From IMG/VR virus record IMGVR_UViG_3300022305_000561: a stretch of DNA of 64,000 nucleotides, one strand, 5' to 3'. The notes below the pieces were generated by a model. That model was not told where the DNA came from. It ran no database searches and saw only the letters and a list, made by a program, of their open reading frames with translations. Below are positions 53,873 through 64,000 of this stretch, one piece after another. The number at the start of each line of letters is the position of its first letter. Position 1 is the first letter of the stretch. This DNA is from a virus (lineage: Duplodnaviria; Caudoviricetes). Both the position numbers and the translations under genes were made by a program.

Positions 53873-55903
53873 TTAGAACTTCAAAACAGTCTGTAATGTG
53901 ACTGTCTGATCATTCGTTTGATAGAACGCTGCTCTATTGTCAATATACAACATATCACCACTGTATTTGTCAATGGTTGGATTTGCTGCTGTATGTACTA
54001 TAAATGATGTTGTGTTGTTTGATAGAACATTTCCAGATACTGGTGTACTGTTAGAGTTAGGTTGCAATAATATTTTTATATCTGTACCTAAAACAATAGT
54101 GGACGAGATTACAGTATAAGTATCTCCAAACTCATCAGTAAGTATCATATCATCAGTTACAGTACCATTTGATAAAATTCCCTGAACCACAAAGCAAGCA
54201 CTGCCTAATGCATTTGAATATGTTAGTTCAGAATCATATTCTTGTATATTTTTTATTATTCCAAACTGACGATAATCATTATTGAAAGAAAAACCAGATA
54301 CATTGGTTCCAGTAATAGTACTATAAAACATTAAGGTATCTGCATGTAGTTCATGCAAGATATGTTTTCCATGTCCTTTGTGTGGTGGTATTATTGCTCT
54401 AGCTGATGCAAGTTCTGTAGGTGTAGTAATAAGGGCTGTAATATTTACAGTAGCATAGGTATACCCAAATCCTCTATTAGTAATAGTTATTTTATGTAAC
54501 TTATTATTTACTATTTCAGCAGTTGCTGTAGCCCCTTCTCCGTCTCCAGTAATATTAATATTTGCTGCAGTATATCCATTTCCTTGGTCGCTAACATGGA
54601 TATAATCTATAGCGCCACTAACAGCTAACAATTCTATGTTAGCCTGAACTGTATCTATATTTCCACCAGATGTAGATATTACTATCTGAGCTGGGGTATC
54701 GGAAATAGTATTACCATATGCAGTAGCCGTAGCGGATCTATATGAATGTCCAGCATTGTCAATAATTACGCCAGTAATTTGACCAGCAGCAACTATAGCA
54801 GATAACTGAGCTTCAACGCCAGTATCACTTTGTACTACTATAGTGGTATTGTTTACATTATAATTAATACCTGGATCATTAAGGATAACGTGTGTAATAA
54901 CTCCATTAACAATAACAGGCGTAATTATAGCAGTTGCATTACCAGTAAATTGTCCAGTACCAGTACCAACTACGGTTAGTGTGGCAGTTGCATATCCAGT
55001 TCCACCAGAAATAATGTCAACAGTTGTTATTTCACCATTTACTGTTGATATTCTAGGACTCAATACTGCACCAACTCCTTTAACATTTCCTGTACCTAGA
55101 CCAGTTCCAACTATTGTAGGAATAATAGCAGACCCAACAATATAGGTTATTCCAGTTGTACCAGCAATGGTATTCCATTGGGTATTTGTGGTTGTACCTA
55201 AGGTATTAATAACATATTGTCTACCTACTACCAACGAACCCATTGCAGTTGTACCACTACTTATGGTGATAGATGCTGTAGTATTAGAAGGGTATCCAGT
55301 TCCAGTATTTACTATAGACACTGTATCTATAGCACCATTATTATAAAAACTGCTATTAATTGCAGTAGTAATAGGAATATATAAATTATTTAAGAATTTT
55401 ACCCTTAATGATAATGGGATATTCATAGCAAATTTCCACTTGTACCCATCAGAAGTAATGAATGGTAAGTCATTATATCCAGTAGGTTTAACAGTAGACA
55501 AACTATTCAGATTATTATCTAGACACAGGTAAAGATTATATTCATCGGTTAATACATAAAAACGTGCTGTATTAATACTAGAAGCTCCTGAATATGACAA
55601 ATTATCTATGGCATAAGAATCATCGTATGTATCATATATTGATGAAGCTTGCCAATTTATTCTCGGCACAACAAAGCTAACATCATTAGAAGCTATTTCT
55701 TTTACTGATATAATATCTTTTCTTGTAGATAGTGCATACTTATATGTTGATAGTGGAGTTTCTATATGCTCTACGCCATTTAATATAGTATAAGGAACTG
55801 TTTTACCTAAAAAGTAATAAAACTTAGAGGATTTTGAGACAATACTGCTATATACAGAATCTGCAATAGTATTATGCATCAATGATGTTATTGCAATAGT
55901 CAT
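53873..55903 (-). CDS. 8: Baseplate wedge gp8-like
   Basis: VVPRINW, FYVLTDEYNLYLCLDN, DGYKWKF, NDYRQFGII.N, SGDMLYIDNR. Confidence 0.85.
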   Translation of the reverse strand: MTIAITSLMHNTIADSVYSSIVSKSSKFYYFLGKTVPYTILNGVEHIETPLSTYKYALSTRKDIISVKEIASNDVSFVVPRINWQASSIYDTYDDSYAIDNLSYSGASSINTARFYVLTDEYNLYLCLDNNLNSLSTVKPTGYNDLPFITSDGYKWKFAMNIPLSLRVKFLNNLYIPITTAINSSFYNNGAIDTVSIVNTGTGYPSNTTASITISSGTTAMGSLVVGRQYVINTLGTTTNTQWNTIAGTTGITYIVGSAIIPTIVGTGLGTGNVKGVGAVLSPRISTVNGEITTVDIISGGTGYATATLTVVGTGTGQFTGNATAIITPVIVNGVITHVILNDPGINYNVNNTTIVVQSDTGVEAQLSAIVAAGQITGVIIDNAGHSYRSATATAYGNTISDTPAQIVISTSGGNIDTVQANIELLAVSGAIDYIHVSDQGNGYTAANINITGDGEGATATAEIVNNKLHKITITNRGFGYTYATVNITALITTPTELASARAIIPPHKGHGKHILHELHADTLMFYSTITGTNVSGFSFNNDYRQFGIIKNIQEYDSELTYSNALGSACFVVQGILSNGTVTDDMILTDEFGDTYTVISSTIVLGTDIKILLQPNSNSTPVSGNVLSNNTTSFIVHTAANPTIDKYSGDMLYIDNRAAFYQTNDQTVTLQTVLKF

Positions 55904-55912
55904 TTTATGTTC

Positions 55913-56359
55913 CTAAGAAATAGTAACGGACCATGTAATGGCAATACTATCTCCAGCTTCTTTGGTGACAACAGGAAATGTAGTTCTACATAACATAGAT
56001 CCTGTAGATGCATTATTGAATATCCCTGCTTCTGTTAATGCACCAGTAGAAACCCCAGCACCAAAGGAAGCTATGTAAGTTACTGTATTATTAAGTTGAG
56101 TTGCTGATGAAATTGCAACTCTTGAACCCAATGCAGATTGCAGGGCAGTATTTGCAACGGTAGGAGCATCAACGCCAGCCCCAATGCCCATATGTGACAT
56201 CACTGCATCAACTGCTCCAAGCATTCTTGAAATAATATGAGTCTTTCCCGTGGTAACTACCAAATTTGGAATATGTCTTTTATCTGTAATAATACCATCA
56301 ATGTTTGTTTTGATGATCATTAATTCGCCAGTCATTTTTAGTTGTTCAAATATATTCAT
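55913..56359 (-). CDS. Virion structural protein (baseplate/tail fibre-associated)
   Basis: NLVVTTGK...TEAGIFN...MLCRTTF.VV.K...D...ITW. Confidence 0.65.
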   Translation of the reverse strand: MNIFEQLKMTGELMIIKTNIDGIITDKRHIPNLVVTTGKTHIISRMLGAVDAVMSHMGIGAGVDAPTVANTALQSALGSRVAISSATQLNNTVTYIASFGAGVSTGALTEAGIFNNASTGSMLCRTTFPVVTKEAGDSIAITWSVTIS

Positions 56360-56396
56360 TGTGGTTCCTTTATTAAAGATTATATGTTATTTATGT

Positions 56397-57902
56397 TTAG
56401 AAAGTTTGTAAGGTAGTTCCACAATATGCAAACTCCACATATGTTATATCACAGTACGGATTTGTTGTTATAGCACCACTATCACTTACACTAGTACTAT
56501 CTGAAAAAGCTTTACTAATTGATGCGCTATATACATCTCCAATACTAATACTTTCTGATAGTAGTTTGCTCATACTATAAGTGGAATTATCACTAATAAA
56601 AATAGGATCATGTGGGGTTACTTGAAAAAATCTATTTAATATAGCCAGATATGCTGCTAATGAAATTTCGTTAGATAGGTTTTGTTCACCAAACAATCTC
56701 ATTCCTGCTGGATGTACTAAAGATTTTACTGGATTTTTATAAGAAGTTATAGATTCAGCAGAAGAAATTAGATATGAGAATAACTGATAATAGTGGTCTT
56801 GTAATTTATATACATTAGATAAAAATCCATTTTCATCACCATAAAACCCAGGATATTTACGAACTGCACCAACTTTAATATTAAGTACTGCAGTATACTC
56901 ATCATCGATGCTAGTATTTTCTGTTACTGAAGAGTCGGTATAAAATTCTTGTAAAATAGCACCACAATAAACTGGACTGCCATAATTTTCATCACAATAT
57001 GGATTGGAGGATATTAAACCACTATCTATAAATCCTAAAGTTTTACTAATAATGTTTGGAAATATACTAATAACACTATCTGCAGCAGTTGTAGATGTTA
57101 TAGTGGCATAGAATTCAAAATCATACCCATAACCAAAATTTATTAATTCTACTCCTGTTAGGTTGCCTAATGTGTCAATACTAGTAACTTTAATCTTAGC
57201 GTCTGTTCCTAAATTAGATGGTACTGTAAATAATTGTCCTACATAAAATCCTAATCCAGTTTTATATACAGAAGCTTTTGTAATAGATTTTTGTAATGTT
57301 GCAGTAACATCACCAAAAATTAGAATATCTCCAGAAGATATTGCACTATAATTTATCCGATCTATAAATACTTCAAATAAATTATCAACAGGCCTAATCC
57401 TATTAACAGATACTAGTAATGAAAATTGTGAGTTACTTATACTAACTTGCTGTCCTACAATATCAAAAATATTTCCGCTAGTTACATCAACTAAAAATGA
57501 TAAATCTTGAACCCATGCGCCATCAGAAGACTTGAAGATATAGTCCTTTGGATATTTGATCTCAATTTCAGTATTAAACAAATGCCTAAACAGAATCCTA
57601 AACGATTCCTCAGAACCTTTAGTTGAATAGAAATCCTTTATGTGCTTTAGAAAGAATTTATCATCTTTAATATCTGTTTTTGGTAGATCAATCCCAAACT
57701 CATTACATAACGATTCAACAAATTTGTCTAATGTTGTATCAATATCTCTGATTGTTGATAAGTTACCAACCCCAGATAGTTCTGTTTCCTTTAAGAATGT
57801 ATAATATAGTTCAACGAATCTTGTGAATTTAGGATAATCCTCAACTACAAATTCAGGGAACTGGTTAGCTATTACAGACGATGCAGGTATTTTATAAGCC
57901 AT
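56397..57902 (-). CDS. Baseplate wedge gp7-like
   Basis: QFPEFV.EDYP.F..F...YY, FY..KGSEES, HPAGMRLFGE. Confidence 0.75.
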   Translation of the reverse strand: MAYKIPASSVIANQFPEFVVEDYPKFTRFVELYYTFLKETELSGVGNLSTIRDIDTTLDKFVESLCNEFGIDLPKTDIKDDKFFLKHIKDFYSTKGSEESFRILFRHLFNTEIEIKYPKDYIFKSSDGAWVQDLSFLVDVTSGNIFDIVGQQVSISNSQFSLLVSVNRIRPVDNLFEVFIDRINYSAISSGDILIFGDVTATLQKSITKASVYKTGLGFYVGQLFTVPSNLGTDAKIKVTSIDTLGNLTGVELINFGYGYDFEFYATITSTTAADSVISIFPNIISKTLGFIDSGLISSNPYCDENYGSPVYCGAILQEFYTDSSVTENTSIDDEYTAVLNIKVGAVRKYPGFYGDENGFLSNVYKLQDHYYQLFSYLISSAESITSYKNPVKSLVHPAGMRLFGEQNLSNEISLAAYLAILNRFFQVTPHDPIFISDNSTYSMSKLLSESISIGDVYSASISKAFSDSTSVSDSGAITTNPYCDITYVEFAYCGTTLQTF

Positions 57903-57904
57903 TG

Positions 57905-59704
57905 TTATCTACTAGGCGAAAAGATATAATCTGACCCTACAACTTTCGTTTCGGCTACTGCTGAAACAGAGAGCGTTAATGGGTCTATCCTAACAATATG
58001 ATCCCTGACTGAGACTATATCATTAGATTGTAATTTCATAGTAATCACAAAATCTGATTCTGTTAGGTTTGTAATATTTAAAGCATTGAGTTGAATCTTA
58101 CCTATGGAATAATCTACAGTACCTTGAGTTGAATTGGTAATAACCCTATTTCTATTTACATCCAAATAGAATCTTTGTAATTTACCTAACCCATCATCAT
58201 TAATGTATTGAACCTTCGTATCGCCAGCAACATAAAATCCATTAGACATAATAGAGTCTTCTGGCACACCAGCTTCATATATTGGGTTATCAACATGAAA
58301 CAAATAATTAGCAGTAATGTTAAATTTTGGAGCAACCTTTCTGCTTATAGTCAAATAAGTTATATTGCTTGTTATTGAAGTATCTGTTGCATCTATAAGA
58401 CTTAACACTTTAGAATATCTGAATATAGAGTCAAACTTTTTCAAATCTGTATCATTATACCCCAATATGTTATTTGTTACATTAGTAATCAATTGTGTAG
58501 AAGATAATGTAGTCAAGTTTGGATTATAGTATATTGTACTATGTAATTTTATGTTTAGGTAGAATGGGTCTACAAACTCAGGTGTGATCGTTAAAATCTT
58601 TTTTGATTTAAGAATTTCTTCCTTAATCATAGATTTCTCATTTGCTGATAACACTGAACTAGTTTTGGGTGCTATTGATATAAACACTTTACCGTATACT
58701 GGAGGAATATTCTCATCTCCACCCCAAACTTGGATTGAATCAACATTAGTGAAGTTGTTTAATATTATTGATTTATAATCTTCATTAGTTACTGCTCTAT
58801 TTGAGGCGCTGTAACTTTTTGGTGCATTATGTTTTATTTCATCAATAGTTTCAGGATCAGCCCCACCAGATGATGCAGATATGGTAGAAATAACAGATTG
58901 CCCTAGAAGACTACAAGCAAATAATTTGGCTCCATTTGCAGCACCCTTATTAGTAACCACATAAGATAACTGAACCACGTTGCCGTTTGTCACAGCCTTA
59001 CCTATTCTGTCATTACCAAACTGAATCTCATACTGACCATTCTCAATCTCTTTGAGGAAATAGACAGCATCTGTTGAATTTATAGTTAATACATCTAAGG
59101 CTCTTCTAAACTTAGTAACGTTGCTTGAGCTGGCACTATCTCTGACATTAATAGTCAATGTTGATATATCACAATTAGCATTTGATATACGATATCTAGC
59201 AGAATCAGACACCACATAAGATTGAGTTAAAGGAGTTCCCTCTATCAACTTAACGTTGTTGAATGTGTACTTACCTGCTATGTTTATTGTTGTATATGAT
59301 GCATCAGTATAAAACACATAAGAAGTTCCATTGACTGTAGTAGTGAATGGTGTCAACTCACTCAATACTAACGTATCAGGAGTGTTGCTTACATTAGATA
59401 TGACTATATTAACAGTTGCTCTTGAAGTTGTTGCAGACCTTGGAAGGTAACCCAACTCAAATGCTCTTGATACAACACTTTCCCTTTTTGCCGCTGAATC
59501 GAGAAACGATTCATTAACAGCCAAGTTGGTATATAGTGCATTGTAATGTGTATTGTATGATAATACATCTAACAGGACAGATAGACCTGAACCCTCAAAA
59601 TCATAATCAGAAAGGTCTGATTGACCCCTAAGGAATGTCTTAAAATTGGATTTGATGTTATCAAAATCTAATTCTGTAGTCGTTATGTTGTTATTCGTAG
59701 CCAC
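57905..59704 (-). CDS. 6: Baseplate wedge gp6
   Basis: ELDFDNIK, DYDFEGSGL, NESFLDSA, RAVT..DY, WGGDEN.PP.YGKV. Confidence 0.95.
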   Translation of the reverse strand: MATNNNITTTELDFDNIKSNFKTFLRGQSDLSDYDFEGSGLSVLLDVLSYNTHYNALYTNLAVNESFLDSAAKRESVVSRAFELGYLPRSATTSRATVNIVISNVSNTPDTLVLSELTPFTTTVNGTSYVFYTDASYTTINIAGKYTFNNVKLIEGTPLTQSYVVSDSARYRISNANCDISTLTINVRDSASSSNVTKFRRALDVLTINSTDAVYFLKEIENGQYEIQFGNDRIGKAVTNGNVVQLSYVVTNKGAANGAKLFACSLLGQSVISTISASSGGADPETIDEIKHNAPKSYSASNRAVTNEDYKSIILNNFTNVDSIQVWGGDENIPPVYGKVFISIAPKTSSVLSANEKSMIKEEILKSKKILTITPEFVDPFYLNIKLHSTIYYNPNLTTLSSTQLITNVTNNILGYNDTDLKKFDSIFRYSKVLSLIDATDTSITSNITYLTISRKVAPKFNITANYLFHVDNPIYEAGVPEDSIMSNGFYVAGDTKVQYINDDGLGKLQRFYLDVNRNRVITNSTQGTVDYSIGKIQLNALNITNLTESDFVITMKLQSNDIVSVRDHIVRIDPLTLSVSAVAETKVVGSDYIFSPSR

Positions 59705-59715
59705 AGTATATCCTT

Positions 59716-60330
59716 TTAACGTGCTCTTTCCAATACTAAGTCAATTCTTAGTGGTTGTGTAGTATTTATAATCTGAAAATAGATGGTTACATTAGCAGAG
59801 TATGATTCAGAATTCATATCAACTATTACGTTCAATAATTGAACTCTAGGTTCATATCCAGTAATAACATCGGTGATAGAATGTTGTAAAAGTATTTGGG
59901 TCATTGGAGTTGCAAGTTCAAACATAAGAGCTTTGACTTGAGAACCTATCTGACTATGAAACGGTCTTTCGTAGTTCATAGTCAAGACCAAATGTTTAAT
60001 TGATGCTTTTATAGCATTAGCATCAGCCTTGATTGATATATCAGCAGGAGTTGAATACTTGAATGTACTATTGGTAGTTGGTTGAGATACACCCGTATAT
60101 AGTTCTAATGATGTATTTGAAGTTATAGTTTTGACCTTACCAATAAGTTTTGATTCCACATATAGGTTATCGTGTTCTGCCATTGCAGATACAAATAAAC
60201 TATCAGCACCAACTACTGTTGTTGAGTTAAGGGTAGTCGTTATGGTTCCAATTCCTGTGTGTCTATCTTGTGAAGATGGCGCAGGTAGGAAGTTGAGGTC
60301 TATGTCTGTAAATGTTCTTGTATTTTTCAT
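59716..60330 (-). CDS. 25: Baseplate wedge gp25 with an inserted domain
   Basis: FTDIDLNF...[insert]...AIKASIKHLVLT..YERPF...YEPRV...LER.R. Confidence 0.9.
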   Translation of the reverse strand: MKNTRTFTDIDLNFLPAPSSQDRHTGIGTITTTLNSTTVVGADSLFVSAMAEHDNLYVESKLIGKVKTITSNTSLELYTGVSQPTTNSTFKYSTPADISIKADANAIKASIKHLVLTMNYERPFHSQIGSQVKALMFELATPMTQILLQHSITDVITGYEPRVQLLNVIVDMNSESYSANVTIYFQIINTTQPLRIDLVLERAR

Positions 60331-60347
60331 ATAAGTATTTATTCCTA

Positions 60348-60650
60348 TTATCCTGCAAACACTGAACCTGAGCCAGATGATATTGACCCAGAATCTGCTG
60401 AGTCTCCATTCCTAGCAATAGCAATGCCATCAACAAATACTGAACTTGATCCAGCATTTATAACAGCAGTATGTGGAACACAAGCATTTCCAGCTGGTAT
60501 CGTATGAACTGTTATAGCATCCCCTAACCTACAAGCACCAATGCCATCAACAAATACTGAACTTGATCCTGCTTGAGTTGAAGTCGTTCCTGTACAACCA
60601 TGCCCTGTACTTACTGAATCAGTCCCACTTTTCCTTGCTACTGCTGGCAT
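60348..60650 (-). CDS. PAAR spike tip protein (gp5.4-like)
   Basis: MPAVAR..D...TGH, GSSSVFVDG repeats, conserved His/Cys. Confidence 0.92.
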   Translation of the reverse strand: MPAVARKSGTDSVSTGHGCTGTTSTQAGSSSVFVDGIGACRLGDAITVHTIPAGNACVPHTAVINAGSSSVFVDGIAIARNGDSADSGSISSGSGSVFAG

Positions 60651-60659
60651 ATCTAATCC

Positions 60660-63500
60660 TTATGAAAATAGTTTCTTCAATCCTGAAGAGTGTTTACTTT
60701 GATCAACATATGTGTATGTTTGACCTACGTTACCTTCTGTAGAATATGATACGTGAACCCATCTGGAAGCACCATTATTCTTATATTCCATAATAAGTTT
60801 ATTGTATGGTAAAACTTTTTCCAACTTAGTGACCAAAGCAAATAGATTATCAACACTGTTATTGTCTATGAATTGAAAATCTATTGCTCTGCCTTTATTA
60901 TGATCTGAAGATGCTTTAGATGAGGCAACTGCCCCTTCAGTCCTAAATCCTGAAGTTAGCATCCAAGTGGCTCCATTACCACCACCCTGACAAGCGCCCA
61001 ATTCTTTATAGATGGGTTCTAATATATTCTCACACAATGCAGATAGGTTAGCCACAATCGTTTGTTTTGTGTATAACTTTCTATTACTAGATCCTGCTGA
61101 GGGTAAACTAACATCAGTGATGCTATATTTACCACCCAAGGTCAACATACCTAATGTGAAATGCTCAGACAATTTATAACTTAAGGGGAATCCAGATTGA
61201 TTATTAATTTCATTCAACTTATCTGCAGATATACCTTTACCAGAACCAGCTCCACCAGATACTGCAACTGAATCTTCATCTGTTGGATTCTTAATAGCAT
61301 TGTGTTCATATGCGCTTGTTGTATATAAACTATTAGCTGCCTTTTGTCCACTTGGTGAGTTCCAATCATCTTCCTCTTCATATTTAAACTCGCCAGAAGC
61401 TGACCTTTGAGGTGGTTTCAAGTTTGCGTAAGGTTGGTTATATGCAGATTCAACTGGCGGCACAACAAGTCTGTGTCTACTTGCACTGTTAGCTGCAGAT
61501 AATGAAGTTTTAGTTTCGATAGGAGCTCCAGCATATTTGACATCATATACATTTGGAGTTCCACCACCAAACAAGCTTGATAATCCTGAACTCAACGGTA
61601 ATCCGCTCAATATATCATCTATAGCAGTTTTAGGTAAAGTATTTGGATTATATGTTCCTGCTGGGTTCAATGCTGTCTCTACCAGAACCTGTTCTTTTGC
61701 TCTATCTTTAATTTCTTTACCAGCAAAGTCAACAGGTTTCTTAGCAGCCCCTAATAATGGTAATTCTGTTATATCTTTAATATCAATTTCTGTACCATTC
61801 AAGTCTATTTTAGCTGATTTCATTGATATTATATTTGTAGCATTCAATACTGCTGTTCCAACTGATTTTAATTCTAAATTACCAGTCAAAGTTTGAGCTT
61901 TGAATGTTCCAGTTTTTATTTCAGTTGATTCTGCTATATCAAGTTTGAATGTCTTAGCCTTGATTTGGAAGTCAGCAGGAGTTTCCAACTTAAAACTACT
62001 TGACATCTTCATAAGAGTTTCAGCAGTAGAAGCAGTATCACCACCTTCCATACTCATGGACTTAGAAGTCTTAAGTTTTAAAGCATCAGTAGATTCAATA
62101 GACATAGTACCAATTGATCTTGTGTTTGATGTCTTACCGACTTCAACGTTATAGTTACCTTCTACTAGAACATTGTAATCACCACCAACAGCAATATTAA
62201 GGTCTTTTGCAACTCCAATATTAGCATCATTATGGAATACAGCATCAACTTGACCTTTCACTTCAAGATTTGCATCACCTTGACATAGGATATTCATTGG
62301 ACCTGAAACTGTCAGGTTGCAAGTTCCATTGATGAATATGTTTCCATTACGTTCAGTAATGTAGAAGCCATCACCAACAATATAGTTGATTTGAGAACCA
62401 TTAGGATCTATTTCAATGAATGTACCTTTCTTATGATATAGATTAACACGTTCACCTTGAGGGCTATCATCAAATTCTAATACGTGACCTGATTCAGACT
62501 CAAATACTTTATTGTATGGATATACTGTATTGTATGCTGATTGAGGTTGATCGTATGTGCCAATAGTATTTGCTATTGGGATATCAGTCTTTCTAGTAGT
62601 ATCTTTATATTTTATGTTTGTGCCTTCAATAATACCCCGAGCAAGTCGGTTAGTATCAGGCTCATTCATATAATCCCTGAGGGGATATTTACCCTCAGGA
62701 TCAGTAAATCCATTTGTATTGAAGTTGGCTGTTCTATCTTCAGTATATGCCTCTTTCTTATTAGGAGATGACATATCAATTTCTTTTTGTGTCTTATTGA
62801 TGGCTGTACTAGTAGCATCTTTAGTGGTTGGTGGATTGGCAGCAACACCCCCCAAGAAATATTCATAATATCTAACTTTATGTCTGTATGAATCAGAACC
62901 TGCAGGGTCTCCAGGATTAACTGCAGTCAATGCTTTGAATATGAATCCAGGTTCATACTGAAGAGTCTTCCAACGAGGGATTCTCATCTTTATAAATTCA
63001 ACTGCAACGTTGGCACACAACTCCATAACAGTATCGTCTGTACCAACCATTACATCTGGATTGCTGGCTAAATCTTTTCCAACCAACTTACCTAATGCGA
63101 CATAATTGTCTTTGTGAGTAAGTTGTATAAATCCTCTACCGTAGTATTGACCAGCAGCAGGAGTAGCTCCATTTCGTGTTCCATAGAACCAACCAAAGAA
63201 TTCCTGCTTTGACATATCCTTGCCACCAGCATTACTTCCATATTTTTCAGCATCAGCCTCAGTCACTCTTGGTTTTGTCAAAAGTGTTGCTTTCTTGTAT
63301 CCGTGTTGTTCTTGAACAGGTAACCAAACACTCTCAACTCCAATGATACCTAAAATAGCACATTGAGCATATTTTGAATCTAGTCCTCTACTTTTGCAAG
63401 CCTTTTTTATAGCAGCAATACCACGCATTGCTCCTTGAGTTGCTTTAGCTTCTGATGGAGGTGTATCTGGAATTGGTATGCTTTCTATTGGATCAGCCAT
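60660..63500 (-). CDS. 5: gp5 spike C-part: GH19-like glycoside hydrolase + beta-helix + C-terminal M15 peptidase
   Basis: YYGRGFIQLTHKDNY; YPYNKVFESESGHVLEFDDSP; LTSGFR...SDHNKGRAID...WVHVSY. Confidence 0.85.
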   Translation of the reverse strand: MADPIESIPIPDTPPSEAKATQGAMRGIAAIKKACKSRGLDSKYAQCAILGIIGVESVWLPVQEQHGYKKATLLTKPRVTEADAEKYGSNAGGKDMSKQEFFGWFYGTRNGATPAAGQYYGRGFIQLTHKDNYVALGKLVGKDLASNPDVMVGTDDTVMELCANVAVEFIKMRIPRWKTLQYEPGFIFKALTAVNPGDPAGSDSYRHKVRYYEYFLGGVAANPPTTKDATSTAINKTQKEIDMSSPNKKEAYTEDRTANFNTNGFTDPEGKYPLRDYMNEPDTNRLARGIIEGTNIKYKDTTRKTDIPIANTIGTYDQPQSAYNTVYPYNKVFESESGHVLEFDDSPQGERVNLYHKKGTFIEIDPNGSQINYIVGDGFYITERNGNIFINGTCNLTVSGPMNILCQGDANLEVKGQVDAVFHNDANIGVAKDLNIAVGGDYNVLVEGNYNVEVGKTSNTRSIGTMSIESTDALKLKTSKSMSMEGGDTASTAETLMKMSSSFKLETPADFQIKAKTFKLDIAESTEIKTGTFKAQTLTGNLELKSVGTAVLNATNIISMKSAKIDLNGTEIDIKDITELPLLGAAKKPVDFAGKEIKDRAKEQVLVETALNPAGTYNPNTLPKTAIDDILSGLPLSSGLSSLFGGGTPNVYDVKYAGAPIETKTSLSAANSASRHRLVVPPVESAYNQPYANLKPPQRSASGEFKYEEEDDWNSPSGQKAANSLYTTSAYEHNAIKNPTDEDSVAVSGGAGSGKGISADKLNEINNQSGFPLSYKLSEHFTLGMLTLGGKYSITDVSLPSAGSSNRKLYTKQTIVANLSALCENILEPIYKELGACQGGGNGATWMLTSGFRTEGAVASSKASSDHNKGRAIDFQFIDNNSVDNLFALVTKLEKVLPYNKLIMEYKNNGASRWVHVSYSTEGNVGQTYTYVDQSKHSSGLKKLFS

Positions 63501-63508
63501 AATATACC

Positions 63509-64000
63509 TTAAAAGTTTTTATCGAAGTAAGCTAATGCTTCTTCTTTAGTGTTGAATGCCATACTTGTTCCTTTGAATGGTAGATATTGTGGTTCTTCCC
63601 ATTGTTCAGGTTTAGATAATGTAGCATTGAATTTCTTGGTGTTCTCATCAAACGATATTGTTGCTATAGTTGTCTCTGATGTATTATCGTTTACATTGTA
63701 GGTGGTATATGTCCCATCAGACAACTGTGTATTGACAGCATTAATATGATATTTACTAGCGGTTGCTTGAACTTCACCAGCACCAGAATCACTTGCTATT
63801 GAATCGATCAGGTCTGTTATAGAGTCACCTGTTGAACTAACCAATTCACCACTATCATCAGTAGATACAACACCATTAGTTACTTCAGAAACATATGCAG
63901 CAGACCGTGTTTGAGGTATACCACCAATTGTTCCAATCATAACAGGTTGTTGTTGAAACTCATCCATAAAGATTACTATGACCCAAGTTCCTTGAACCAC
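63509..64000 (-). CDS. 5: gp5 N-part (OB-fold end), partial
   Basis: GTWVIVIFMDEFQQQPVMIGTIGGIP. Confidence 0.8.
   Translation of the reverse strand: MVQGTWVIVIFMDEFQQQPVMIGTIGGIPQTRSAAYVSEVTNGVVSTDDSGELVSSTGDSITDLIDSIASDSGAGEVQATASKYHINAVNTQLSDGTYTTYNVNDNTSETTIATISFDENTKKFNATLSKPEQWEEPQYLPFKGTSMAFNTKEEALAYFDKNF

Noticed and set aside
1317-62866. Numerous short plus-strand ORFs overlapping core genes (e.g. 42648-43220, 14289-14669, 49274-49633)
   Set aside because: Antisense shadows without RBS or motifs.

Overview
A 64-kb, AT-rich segment of a T4-like (Tevenvirinae-like, probably environmental) myophage, almost entirely on the minus strand. Read in the direction of transcription (64000 to 1), it runs: baseplate/spike (gp5 in two ORFs, PAAR, gp25, gp6, gp7/gp8-like), tail fibres, neck and tail (gp13-15, gp17-19), head (gp20-23), gp3, uvsY, uvsW, gp55, gp47/46, a small tRNA/ncRNA cluster, a VWA + MoxR AAA pair, gp45/44/62, regA, hsp20, a DexA-like exonuclease, gp43, uvsX, gp40 and gp41. 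The most striking feature is that four core replication/recombination genes are fractured, each differently. (1) gp41 helicase is in at least 3 pieces joined by two split inteins, one of them atypical with an 18-aa N-fragment. (2) UvsX is split by a canonical split intein around an HNH gene. (3) gp43 polymerase is split without an intein. (4) UvsW is split around an HNH gene and its halves carry what looks like a catalytically dead half-intein (docking) module; its C-fragment also has a stop plus 4-nt discontinuity inside a perfect hairpin. Six free-standing endonuclease genes are present. Four share a covarying structured leader behind a late promoter, two carry an unannotated divergent C2H2 zinc-finger mini-gene, and ORF-less scars of the same cassette lie in the gp43 split and after uvsX. 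An identical 35-nt -10/RBS/ATG restart cassette precedes the downstream halves of both gp41 and gp43. All calls come from reading the sequence by eye; no database searches were run.
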